From: Candidatus Saccharimonadota bacterium
Lineage (GTDB): Bacteria > Patescibacteriota > Saccharimonadia > Saccharimonadales > Saccharimonadaceae
Direction of reading: 5' to 3'
Assembly (NCBI GenBank): GCA_017541245.1
Contig: JAFXZL010000002.1
Coordinates: forward strand, 18,877-82,876
DNA length: 64,000 bases
Shown: positions 26,186 through 35,289 of the stretch, one piece after another
Numbering within the stretch: position 1 is the stretch's first letter
How the letters are laid out: every line of letters begins with the position of its first letter
Position numbers and translations under genes: made by a program
Notes under the pieces: generated by a model
Databases searched by the model: none
The model's input: only the letters and a program-made list of their open reading frames with translations
What the model was told of the DNA's origin: nothing

Positions 26186-26827
26186 ATGAAGAAAACCACA
26201 AGGACACTCGTAATGTTGCTAACCGTTGTCATGATGCTTGGTGTGTTTTCGACACCCGCCTTTGCCGCAACCAACAACAACAGTGCCGCCATGAAGAGAT
26301 CCACCAAGGATACTCAGGCCCTGGTTGACGCTGGCGAATATTATGGCTGGTCTGCCGATGTCAAGACGAAGTCTCAGACTCCAAGCAAGATCGTGACTAC
26401 AATCCGGCTCTTCAACGGAAAGAACTACATCTTCAACGTCACCCAGACGACGCAGAAGAAAGGTTCTTCCATCGCCACCAAGTACAACATCGGCGGCAAG
26501 AACTACGTACTGGCAGGGATAAAAGCCTCGCTAAAAAGGTACGCGTCTGGTGCCGGCAAGAGAGCCGTGTTGGAAGACAAGGTCAATATCGCAGCCGATG
26601 CGCTTGCAAAATACGCAAGAAAGATGGGCTGGACCGTCACCGACAAGAATGGCTACAAGAATGGCGCTGCAACCTGCAAGCACACTTACCGGAATGGCAA
26701 GTATCAATTCACTGCAGTCGTGAAAGGTGTACGCAAGAGCGGCAAGATTATGCTCAGCTACACCAGAGACCGTAGATCCTCGAGCAAAAAGGCCATCAAA
26801 GCCTGGCTGAAGACCTATGCGCAGTGA
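26186..26827 (+). CDS. secreted basic protein, unknown function (cassette B)
   Basis: AGGAAGGAG lies 8 nt before ATG 26186. The signal peptide is MKKTTRTLVMLLTVVMMLGVFSTPAFA/A. The mature part is K-rich. Codons are mostly C/G-ending. No family recognised. Confidence 0.6.
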   Translation: MKKTTRTLVMLLTVVMMLGVFSTPAFAATNNNSAAMKRSTKDTQALVDAGEYYGWSADVKTKSQTPSKIVTTIRLFNGKNYIFNVTQTTQKKGSSIATKYNIGGKNYVLAGIKASLKRYASGAGKRAVLEDKVNIAADALAKYARKMGWTVTDKNGYKNGAATCKHTYRNGKYQFTAVVKGVRKSGKIMLSYTRDRRSSSKKAIKAWLKTYAQ

Positions 26828-26847
26828 AAGTATCCGCCGACTTCCTG

Positions 26848-26871
26848 GCCGCCCCACGGGGCGGCGTTTTT
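26848..26871 (+). terminator. intrinsic terminator of cassette B
   Basis: GCCGCCC-cacg-GGGCGGC followed by GTTTTT. It abuts the mnmA stop codon. Confidence 0.7.
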
Positions 26872-27893
26872 CATGCCTCAATAATTCCGCCACCAAGGCA
26901 AATTTCGCCACGATAAAAGACGATTGATTGCCCCGGAGTAAGAGATTTTTGTTCGTCAGCAAAAGTCAGTACGCCATCCTGGTAATCTGCATCAACAAGT
27001 GGAGCACGATGACGAATACGTGCCTGAATATGGCGGCCGTCATCGCCATGGCGCAAGATTACGTCTTTTAGCTTGACTTGGTTCGTCCACAACTTTAGGG
27101 AATTGAGGTTCTGTGAAACATAGACAATATTCTTTTCCATGTCTTTTTTGACGACATAGTGAGGCAGACCCACACCAATATTTAAGCCATGACGCTGACC
27201 AAGCGTATAGAAAATCGCCCCATCATGCACGCCGAGCTTTTCACCAGTATCGGTATCGATAATGTCGCCCGGCTTCGTTTCGATAAATTCCGCGAGAAAA
27301 TCGCGCATATTTGCGTCGCCGACAAAACAGACACCCATCGATTCCGGCTTATGTGCCACGCTTAGCCCAATCTCGGCCGCAAGGGCTTTGACGGCAGGCT
27401 TTTCCATGTCGCCAACTGGAAAGATTACTTTTGGAATAATATTTTCCGAAATGCGATAGAGGAAGTAGGTCTGATCTTTATTGTCGTCCTTTGCGCGAAG
27501 TAGGGCTTTGCCGTCCGTGCGCGCATAATGACCAGTCGCAATTGCTTCTGCGCCTTGCTCGAATGCGGTATCAGCAAATAATTTAAACTTAATCTCTTGG
27601 TTACACATGATGTCGGGGTTCGGTGTATTCCCCTTTTGGTATTCCTCGAGCATATAGTCGACAACTTTTTGCTTGTATTCTTTTTCGAAATCAAAAACGC
27701 GAAAATCGATGCCAAGCTTGACGGCTACGCGTTTTGCGTCTGCGAGATCTTCCGCCCATGGGCATTTCATGCCTGGGAGATTCTTACTCCAGTTCTTCAT
27801 ATAGACGCCGACGACCTCGTGACCCTGCTGCTGCAAAAGATAGGCCGAGACAGCCGAATCAACGCCACCAGACATGCCTAAGAATACTTTCAT
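26871..27893 (-). CDS. mnmA: tRNA-specific 2-thiouridylase
   Basis: PP-loop motif GMSGGVDSAV. The full-length MnmA pattern is present (CNQEIKF, catalytic Cys region GVCFVG). Confidence 0.92.
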   Translation of the reverse strand: MKVFLGMSGGVDSAVSAYLLQQQGHEVVGVYMKNWSKNLPGMKCPWAEDLADAKRVAVKLGIDFRVFDFEKEYKQKVVDYMLEEYQKGNTPNPDIMCNQEIKFKLFADTAFEQGAEAIATGHYARTDGKALLRAKDDNKDQTYFLYRISENIIPKVIFPVGDMEKPAVKALAAEIGLSVAHKPESMGVCFVGDANMRDFLAEFIETKPGDIIDTDTGEKLGVHDGAIFYTLGQRHGLNIGVGLPHYVVKKDMEKNIVYVSQNLNSLKLWTNQVKLKDVILRHGDDGRHIQARIRHRAPLVDADYQDGVLTFADEQKSLTPGQSIVFYRGEICLGGGIIEA

Positions 27894-27917
27894 TGGCTAT
27901 ATTATAACATCAAAGGC

Positions 27918-28203
27918 GCATCGCGGCTATGCCGCAGCTACGTCGTGGCTATTCTCCGCGGACGCGTACGGCGCCCGTCGTTGCGGGGCCGTTTGCTCTT
28001 TCTCGCCGTAGCTGCGAAGGCCGCGAAGAACCAGCCGCAACGTAACCGTAGCATGGTTGCGACATATCTATATCATCAGATTGACACCACATTGCGGTCA
28101 TGGCTCTCCACATCCGCAGTTACGACGAGGACGAGCGCGGCGACCCTGCGACGACAGGCGTCGCAAGCGTTGGAGGGGCATGACTGCGGTATGGCATCGA
28201 TGC
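27918..28203. repeat. ~286-nt GC-rich long imperfect inverted repeat (copy E2 of the dispersed family; MITE-like or structured RNA)
   Basis: The termini GCATCGCGGCTATGCCGCAG (27918-27937) and CTGCGGTATGGCATCGATGC (28184-28203) are 16/20 complementary. Internal arms also pair, for example CTCGCCGTAGCTGCG with CGCAGTTACGACGAG. The left arm resembles 4900-4953. Confidence 0.6.
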
Positions 28204-28294
28204 GATAGTATAACCAATTATGGAAAAATCAAGATAATAAAACTGATTTTGTTTATGCTAAAATAGATGTAGTATTAACTTTCATGGAGGTGGG

Positions 28295-28954
28295 ATGTTC
28301 TATCCGAACCGACAAGCTTTGGGTGACCAGCTTGCGCCAAAACTGACTGATTTCAAAAACTCCGACTGTATTATTTTCTGCCTCAAGAAGAGTTCCCTCC
28401 TTGCCTGCATTGAATTAGCAGCACATCTCCATGCCTACATCTATATCTTGCAGTATTCTGAAATTGCCGACCCTTACGATATTACGCGCAACCTTGGCGC
28501 AATCACCTCAAAGGGTGAATTCGTGCTAAATCCAGAAATATCCCAATCGGAATACGACTTCATTAATAGCGACTTCATGAGCATCATCGAGGAGCGCAAG
28601 CGCGAGGCATTCTCGAGAATCAACGCAGAACGTGACCCAAATCCAAACTTTGATCTCGCCGCGTTTAATAGTCGCAAGATCCTTCTATTCGCAGACGTCC
28701 TGAAGGAATCTTTCCAGATTCAAGTTGCGCTCAATATGCTGAAAGCTTACAGCCCAATGAGCGTCTCCGGTGCGGCCGGAAATATCACTTCGCAAATTTC
28801 AGATAAATTCCAAATTGAAACTAGCGGATGCACCTACATGGACATCCTGCCAAATACCTTCTTCGATGACGACCATTATTTCGATCAACCAGATACCTAT
28901 AGCGAAGAACAAAAAATAAGTATGGCAAATAATATTAGCCTGTATTGGGCATAA
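28295..28954 (+). CDS. degenerate phosphoribosyltransferase-like protein
   Basis: The overall pattern matches the 'putative phosphoribosyl transferase' family (MF..R..LG..LA..L, ...ILLFADVL in place of the VLLVDDGxATG PRPP loop, and C-terminal F.DDDHYFDQ..YSEEQ). Catalytic loop residues are not conserved. Confidence 0.5.
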   Translation: MFYPNRQALGDQLAPKLTDFKNSDCIIFCLKKSSLLACIELAAHLHAYIYILQYSEIADPYDITRNLGAITSKGEFVLNPEISQSEYDFINSDFMSIIEERKREAFSRINAERDPNPNFDLAAFNSRKILLFADVLKESFQIQVALNMLKAYSPMSVSGAAGNITSQISDKFQIETSGCTYMDILPNTFFDDDHYFDQPDTYSEEQKISMANNISLYWA

Positions 28955-28965
28955 AGGAGCACAAA

Positions 28966-29979
28966 ATGAACCCAACCGAAAATACCAACCCTAACAAACT
29001 GACCGAGTCAGAAGCCGGCGAAGCCCGTGTTATTATCGACAAACTAAGCAAAGCTTACGCAAGAAAAGTTGTAGGCCAAGACGAGCTACGTTTATCTATG
29101 ATTGTGGCCCTGATTGCCGGTGGTCACGTATTGCTTGAATCCGTCCCGGGTCTTGCAAAAACTTTGGCCGCAAAGACACTTGCAGAAGCTGCAAATGGTA
29201 GCTTTAGCCGTATCCAATGTACGCCTGATTTGCTCCCAAGCGATATTATTGGTACACAGATTTACAACTACAACTCTGGCGATTTTGATACGAAAGTAGG
29301 CCCGGTTCATGCCAACTTCGTACTCCTAGATGAGATTAACCGCTCCAGCGCCAAGACACAGTCCGCTATGCTTGAGGCAATGCAGGAACATCAAGTCACA
29401 GTTGGTGGTGTTTTGTACAAGATGCCAGAACCATTCATCGTTTTGGCGACCCAGAACCCAATCGAGCAGGAAGGTACCTATGAACTTCCAGAAGCTCAGC
29501 TAGACCATTTCCTTCTAAAGGAAATCGTTAGCTATCCTTCCCGCGATGAAGAAATGCAGATTCTTAATTACATTCTTTCCGGACAGACCACTTCTCCACT
29601 TTCTGATAGTGAGAAGATTTCTATCGAAGAAGTTAAGAAACTTCAGACGCTTGCAAAGAAAGTCGCAGTTGACGATTCGATTAAGAACTACATCGTCAAC
29701 ATTACAACCGCATCCCGCAACCCACGCGAGTTAATCGATGCAAGCTTGGCCCGTTACGTAGAATATGGCGTTTCCCCACGTGGCGCAATCGCCTTGATGC
29801 AGGTATCGCAAGCTCTCGCATTGATCGACGGCCGCGCATACGTCACACCAGACGACGTCAAACGTCTTCGCTATGCAGCACTTCGTCACCGCATTATTCT
29901 AAACTTCGAAGCCGCCGCAGACGAAGTCCATCCAGAAGCAATTATCGACGCAATCTTTAATAAAATTCAAACACCATAG
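28966..29979 (+). CDS. MoxR-family AAA+ ATPase
   Basis: AAGGAG lies 7 nt before ATG 28966. AAA_3 motifs are HVLLESVPGLAKT (Walker A variant) and FVLLDEINR (Walker B). A MoxR C-terminal lid is present (SPRGAIALMQVSQALALIDGR). Confidence 0.9.
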   Translation: MNPTENTNPNKLTESEAGEARVIIDKLSKAYARKVVGQDELRLSMIVALIAGGHVLLESVPGLAKTLAAKTLAEAANGSFSRIQCTPDLLPSDIIGTQIYNYNSGDFDTKVGPVHANFVLLDEINRSSAKTQSAMLEAMQEHQVTVGGVLYKMPEPFIVLATQNPIEQEGTYELPEAQLDHFLLKEIVSYPSRDEEMQILNYILSGQTTSPLSDSEKISIEEVKKLQTLAKKVAVDDSIKNYIVNITTASRNPRELIDASLARYVEYGVSPRGAIALMQVSQALALIDGRAYVTPDDVKRLRYAALRHRIILNFEAAADEVHPEAIIDAIFNKIQTP

Positions 29980-29999
29980 TTTAATAATCGAAAAGAAAA

Positions 30000-30887
30000 A
30001 TGCCGAGTTATCTAGTTAAAGTTCGCAAGAAAATGGACATCTACGCGCAAAGGCGCGTAAGAAATGTTCTTTCTGGCAATTACGGCTCCGTATTTAAAGG
30101 TCGTAGTATGGATTTTGATGACTTGCGCGAATACAACTACGGCGATGACGTAAAAGATATCGACTGGAAAGCAACAGCGCGTTCGCGCACAATTATGATT
30201 CGCCGCTATATCGCGATTCGCAAGCACAATATTATGATCGTTGCCGACAGCGGAAATACGATGGCGGCTCTAGCGCCAAGTGGCGAGAGCAAAGTAGAAG
30301 TAGCAGCATTTTGCGCTGGTGTAATTGCATACATTGCACAGAAGCATGGCGATTTGGTCGGCATGGTATATGGTGACAAGAATGGCAACAAACGTTATGC
30401 AATGAAAGAAGATACGCCATACATTGAGAACTTCCTCAAAAAATATAGCCACTCCGTTCAAGCTGATGGCGCCGAAAGTGACATCAACTCTGTGCTGACC
30501 TATATCTCGAAGTCTTTTCGCGAAAGAATGTTCCTTATTGTTATTACGGACCCAAATAGCGCAGCGACACTAGACAGAAATCTCGTGCGCCGCCTAAATG
30601 CACGCCACGAGCAGATGTATATTCTTGTCGAAGATTCGCCTTTAACGAACAAGTCTCTATTAGACAAGGACGTAAATGATATGAACGACCATGTTCGCTT
30701 ACCGCATTATTTCCGCGCAAACAAAAAGATTGCCGCGGCCGAAGAAGAATACCGTAAATCTTTGACCGAAAAAATCCAAAAAGGCCTGCATCGTTTCGGT
30801 GTTGTCAGTACGACAGTTCCTGGTAGTGAAAAAGCAATTCCAATGATTTTCAAAATGTTAGAGGAGCAAAAACGTGTCCGACGTTAG
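30000..30887 (+). CDS. DUF58 protein (MoxR-associated, vWA-like)
   Basis: Signature DFDDLREYNYGDDVKDIDWKATARS. Confidence 0.85.
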   Translation: MPSYLVKVRKKMDIYAQRRVRNVLSGNYGSVFKGRSMDFDDLREYNYGDDVKDIDWKATARSRTIMIRRYIAIRKHNIMIVADSGNTMAALAPSGESKVEVAAFCAGVIAYIAQKHGDLVGMVYGDKNGNKRYAMKEDTPYIENFLKKYSHSVQADGAESDINSVLTYISKSFRERMFLIVITDPNSAATLDRNLVRRLNARHEQMYILVEDSPLTNKSLLDKDVNDMNDHVRLPHYFRANKKIAAAEEEYRKSLTEKIQKGLHRFGVVSTTVPGSEKAIPMIFKMLEEQKRVRR

Positions 30888-31353
30888 TAAACTTATGTAT
30901 GGCCCGATTTATTACAGCTTCGGCTGGACGATGGTCGGTATTTTATTCGCCCTGCTTGCCGCTGGCCTAGTTTTTCTAATTTTCTTCATCACGCGAAAGA
31001 AAACATTAAAGAGCCTATCAACATTAAAGATCCAGCAGCCAAAGATTGTCGATTTGAATGCCTTAAAGCAAAAATACCTTGGGCTCATCGACCAGGCTGA
31101 ACGTAATTATAACGACCACAAAATCAAAGCATCCGTCGCACATCAGCACTTTAGCTTGATTGTACGCTTGTTCTATTGTGAAGCGGTTGGATTCCATGCA
31201 GAAGTAATGTCGCTCAGGGATCTTAAGCGTTCAAATTATACGAAACTTATCGAAACGATTGAAAACCTATATCCAGACGAATTCGATACCCTAGAAAAAG
31301 GTTCAGTAAAAACGGCCGCAGAGAAAGCGCGTAAGCTCGTGGAGGATATGTGA
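30874..31353 (+). CDS. membrane protein of the MoxR/vWA operon
   Basis: GTG start with GAGGAG 7 nt upstream, overlapping the DUF58 stop by 14 nt. One TM (GWTMVGILFALLAAGLVFLIFFI). Its position equals that of the small TM gene in Bat-type operons. Confidence 0.6.
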   Translation: MSDVSKLMYGPIYYSFGWTMVGILFALLAAGLVFLIFFITRKKTLKSLSTLKIQQPKIVDLNALKQKYLGLIDQAERNYNDHKIKASVAHQHFSLIVRLFYCEAVGFHAEVMSLRDLKRSNYTKLIETIENLYPDEFDTLEKGSVKTAAEKARKLVEDM

Positions 31354-32375
31354 TGGATGCAATGAGATATAATTGGCTATTCGTCTTACCGCTGGTTGCA
31401 GTAATTGCAATTTCGATAGCCACGATTTTACGTTTTCGCAAAAAAAAGTTACGCAAACCAAAACATGACAATTCGTCATTGATTGCACACACGAAAACCA
31501 TTCGCGAATTGCCAGAATACAAGGCCGCCAAGAAACATTACAATATGCTGCTCTGTTTGGCCACAGCATTATTCGTCGTCAGCATGTCTAGCATCACAGT
31601 AGTCACATCACGTCCAGTTTCTGTAGAGGAAACACATTCTGATCAGAAGAACCGCGATATCATGCTTTGTCTTGACGTAAGCGGTTCGATGTCCAACAAC
31701 ATCAATGAGCTTCTCGATTACTACAAAAATCTCGTAGAGAGGATGCAGGGCGAACGCTTTGGCGTTACCATCTTTGATGGTATTTACGTTACACTATCCC
31801 CGCTTAGCGATGATTACCTTGCAGTTTCCGAGGTACTACAGGATCTGAAAGACAATTTTGATAAATATGGCAGTGCGTTATGGGGCGCCGCCGTCAGCAA
31901 GCAACATTCCAGTTCTGAGATAGGCCCAGGCCTGGTCGGGTGCGTCGAAGCTTTTGATCGCCTTGGCGAGGCAGAGCGTTCTCGTTCGATTGTTATCGCG
32001 ACGGATAATTATGCTAATAGGTCGCAAGAAGTAAACATTAAGCAGGCGGCAGCCTATGCACGCAGCTACGATATCACGGTTTACGGTCTAAACACTGGTG
32101 AAGCTATGTCTATGACGAACTATGAAGGCCAGGCAGAATCAGCAAGTGGCAAAGAGTTCCGTGAAGCCGTATTGATGACTGGTGGTTCATACTACTTATT
32201 CGCCGGCTCAAAGTATTCCATCGAAGAAATCGCAGAGCAGATTTCACAACAGGAGTCAGCAATTTTTGAGGGTGCTGGCCAAGTTGTGCGTAGAGATATA
32301 CCAAAAGTTCCTGCCATTATCGCAGCAGTTTCGTTACTGTTATTTATGTTTATTATCTGGAGGCTAAAACTATAA
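31353..32375 (+). CDS. vWA-domain membrane protein (BatA-like)
   Basis: N- and C-terminal TM helices. MIDAS motif is LCLDVSGSMS. GGAGGA lies 6 nt upstream. The start overlaps the upstream stop (TGATG). Confidence 0.8.
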   Translation: MDAMRYNWLFVLPLVAVIAISIATILRFRKKKLRKPKHDNSSLIAHTKTIRELPEYKAAKKHYNMLLCLATALFVVSMSSITVVTSRPVSVEETHSDQKNRDIMLCLDVSGSMSNNINELLDYYKNLVERMQGERFGVTIFDGIYVTLSPLSDDYLAVSEVLQDLKDNFDKYGSALWGAAVSKQHSSSEIGPGLVGCVEAFDRLGEAERSRSIVIATDNYANRSQEVNIKQAAAYARSYDITVYGLNTGEAMSMTNYEGQAESASGKEFREAVLMTGGSYYLFAGSKYSIEEIAEQISQQESAIFEGAGQVVRRDIPKVPAIIAAVSLLLFMFIIWRLKL

Positions 32376-33382
32376 TGAGAGTTGAACCAATTGTGCCATT
32401 GCCTATTGTAGTTGTCATTTTGGCGGCTTGTGCAGGCCTACTCATTGCGTGCATATTCTTCAAAAAATGGCGCAGAAAGAAAAACTTTATACGCGTATCT
32501 ATTGGCATTATGATGGGCCTAATATTGCTCCGCCCAATGCTTACGGGCGGCATAAATGTCAAACAGGCAAATAATCTTAATCTATTCTTTGTTGTCGATT
32601 CAACGGCTAGCATGTCCGCAAAAGACATTGGCGGCGGTTATAAAAAACGCTACGAACAAGTGCGCGAAGATATTAAAGAACTTGCCAAAAACTTTGGCGG
32701 TTCGCGCTATTCAATCATAGTTGAAGACAATAGTATTTTTACGGCGATGCCTGTTTCATCGAATGCCGACATGCTAGAATCATCAATTTACGGTATCAAG
32801 TCACGCAATTACATGTATAGTGCTGGCACGAATTTGGACGAATTGATTGAGTACGCAAACGAACGCATTGCAAAATATAATCGAAGTAACCCAGAGCGGA
32901 CAAGCATTTTATTCTTCTTCTCTGACGGCGAAGATACAAATGATCGCCCTCTATCCTCAATTGTATCCATCAAGAGCGCAGCGTCCGGCGGTGCCGTATT
33001 TGGCTACGGGACCACAAAAGGTGCAACAATGGACGAAAACACTATGACAAATAGCGCCATAGAGAGCGAGGAGCCTCAAAAAGAAGAAAAATGTATTAGT
33101 GACTTTGAGGGTTGCATAATATCAAAAATAAACGAGGATAATCTGAAGTCTATCGCAGACACGCTGAAAGTAGACTATTATAACCGAACTAGTGGGGGGA
33201 GTATTCCAAAAGAGCTCATTGATGAGATTAGCGAGAGCATCGTCTATGAAGATGATGTAGCGTATGCGGGAGCGACAGATTTGTATTGGATATTCTCCAG
33301 CATCATACTTATTCTGCTCATAGTCGACTTCAAAGATATATTGGTACGCGTATTAAAAGAAAGGGAGATAAAACATGCTTGA
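32375..33382 (+). CDS. vWA-domain membrane protein (BatB-like)
   Basis: Two N-terminal TM helices and one C-terminal TM. The MIDAS-like motif is FFVVDSTASMS. The start overlaps the upstream stop (TAATG). Confidence 0.75.
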   Translation: MRVEPIVPLPIVVVILAACAGLLIACIFFKKWRRKKNFIRVSIGIMMGLILLRPMLTGGINVKQANNLNLFFVVDSTASMSAKDIGGGYKKRYEQVREDIKELAKNFGGSRYSIIVEDNSIFTAMPVSSNADMLESSIYGIKSRNYMYSAGTNLDELIEYANERIAKYNRSNPERTSILFFFSDGEDTNDRPLSSIVSIKSAASGGAVFGYGTTKGATMDENTMTNSAIESEEPQKEEKCISDFEGCIISKINEDNLKSIADTLKVDYYNRTSGGSIPKELIDEISESIVYEDDVAYAGATDLYWIFSSIILILLIVDFKDILVRVLKEREIKHA

Positions 33383-34124
33383 TCTAAATCCGAATCTCGT
33401 CGATCAAGATCATATCCGAAAGCTGCGCAGAAAACGATTATTAAAAATCATATTTTTGCCTACATTCCTTCTAATTTTGATTAGCTTGTTCTTCCTTCGC
33501 ACGACATTCTTTAATATCGTGTACAGTTTGTCATATGAAAACCAAAACTATAATACTGCCAAGTTTTTGACCGACGAGCAAAAAGTTGCAAACATGATTG
33601 CGCCATACGTTGCCTATTTTGATGCCGGCACAATTAACCTAAAACGCGAACAATACAAAGAAGCCGAGGAGAGCTTCCATGACGCATTAAAAAACAACCC
33701 ACCAAAAGAAATTCTTTGTCAGATTTACGTCAATTTGTCTCTAAGCATTGAAAAACAAGGCGATCAGTTAGTGGACGATAGGAATTACGAAGAAGCCCTT
33801 GTCATGTATAATTCCGCTCAATCCGTCCTATACGAAAATAATTGCGCAAATAAAAATGATCCAGAAGAAAGTAAAGACAAAAAGGCGCATTCAGCAGACA
33901 CGCGCATCTCAAATAAGCGCTCTCAGACCGTAGCATATATGAACTATATCGAGCAGTCTAGCGGTGGAGATACCGAAGACGGAGAAGGCTCCGCGCCTGT
34001 CACCGACGAAAATATGAAAAACATCCGCGAAAACCAGAACCCAGAAAAATTCATGGACAACATCAGAAATAAGGGATTTGGTGGCGGAAGCTTCTGTAAT
34101 GTTTACAATAGTAAATGTTGGTAG
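33375..34124 (+). CDS. TM-anchored TPR-like protein (BatC-like position)
   Basis: One TM (IIFLPTFLLILISLFFL), then helical-repeat-like segments (YKEAEESFHDALKNNPP, YEEALVMYNSAQSVL). It overlaps the upstream gene by 8 nt. Confidence 0.5.
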   Translation: MLDLNPNLVDQDHIRKLRRKRLLKIIFLPTFLLILISLFFLRTTFFNIVYSLSYENQNYNTAKFLTDEQKVANMIAPYVAYFDAGTINLKREQYKEAEESFHDALKNNPPKEILCQIYVNLSLSIEKQGDQLVDDRNYEEALVMYNSAQSVLYENNCANKNDPEESKDKKAHSADTRISNKRSQTVAYMNYIEQSSGGDTEDGEGSAPVTDENMKNIRENQNPEKFMDNIRNKGFGGGSFCNVYNSKCW

Positions 34125-34125
34125 A

Positions 34126-35277
34126 TTAACCTAGGCGCTTTAATTCTGCTTCAACGACTTCATGCAGGTTTTTGCTGAATTCTACGATATCGTCTTCGCT
34201 ATTTAGCTTGCCCATAGTAATACGCAATGAACCCGCAATTTCTTCATCAGTGAGGCCAATTGCACGCAGCGTTGGCGATTTTACGCCTTTACTTGCGGCA
34301 CAAGCAGCACCAGTAGAAATACAAATGCCACGATCTTCAAGTGCGAAGATGATACGCTCCGCATCCAATCCCGGAAGACAAATCGGCATAAAACCTGCGA
34401 GCTGCGTCTTGATATTACCGAGGTACTTAATGTTTGGAAGATCCTCGAGTAGGCGATGTAGCTTTACTTTTAATTCCATCAAACGCTTACGTTCGGAATT
34501 AATATGCTTCTCTGCCTCGGTAATTGCGGCCGCAAAACCAATGACCGCCGGAACGTTTTCTGTGCCACTACGAAGGCCCATTTCTTGACCACCACCAACC
34601 GTGAGTGGCTGAAGCCTTACATTATGCCCAACATAGAGAGCGCCAATTCCCTTCGGCCCATAGACTTTTGCCGCATTAATTGTTAGTAAATCTACGCCCA
34701 GACGATTGAGTTTTACTTCCATTACGCCAAGCCCCTGCGATGCATCACAATGGAAATACAGCGGAGTATCTTCGCCAGCAATCGCGCGACGCGTGCGCTC
34801 TTCATGGACAATAGCGGCCACCTCGGAGATTGGCTGAATTGTACCAAGTTCCGAACTAGCAAGACAGATTGAGATAAACTGCGTCTTTGGCGAAAGTTTT
34901 TCTTTTAGGTCCCTAATTAAGATGCGGCCATTATTATCAACGTTAATGATTTGATAATTTCCCGCGCGCTTGGCGTTTTCTAGCACTGCGGCGTGTTCGA
35001 CAGCAGATATCAGAACTTCCGCCTCGGAGTCAGTCGGAATTAAAGAAAACGCCAAATTAATCGACTCTGTAGCCCCGGACGTCATCACTAGATCTGCGCC
35101 CTTTGCGCCGATTACGTGCGCAATTTCATCCTTGGCATTTTCGTAGGTATGGCGAACCTCGACCGCCGGCAAATATGCGGCAGACGGATTGTAAAATTGC
35201 TCAGAAAAATATGGCAACATTGCCTTTAATGCCTTTTCCGAAACCGGAGTGGCGGCTGCATGGTCTAGATAAATCAT
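34126..35277 (-). CDS. cysteine desulfurase (class V aminotransferase, NifS/IscS-like)
   Basis: IYLDHAATPV N-terminus. The PLP-lysine region is INAAKVYGPKGIGALYV and the catalytic Cys loop is STGAACAA. Confidence 0.88.
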   Translation of the reverse strand: MIYLDHAAATPVSEKALKAMLPYFSEQFYNPSAAYLPAVEVRHTYENAKDEIAHVIGAKGADLVMTSGATESINLAFSLIPTDSEAEVLISAVEHAAVLENAKRAGNYQIINVDNNGRILIRDLKEKLSPKTQFISICLASSELGTIQPISEVAAIVHEERTRRAIAGEDTPLYFHCDASQGLGVMEVKLNRLGVDLLTINAAKVYGPKGIGALYVGHNVRLQPLTVGGGQEMGLRSGTENVPAVIGFAAAITEAEKHINSERKRLMELKVKLHRLLEDLPNIKYLGNIKTQLAGFMPICLPGLDAERIIFALEDRGICISTGAACAASKGVKSPTLRAIGLTDEEIAGSLRITMGKLNSEDDIVEFSKNLHEVVEAELKRLG

Positions 35278-35289
35278 GCCTTTATTATA

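Noticed and set aside
27945-28208. 87-aa ORF (and 28057-28266) inside the GC-rich inverted repeat
   Set aside because: It has no SD or promoter and is Arg/Ala/Ser-rich. It spans both arms of an inverted repeat, so the ORF is most likely a by-product of GC-rich DNA. It is left open as a refutation test.
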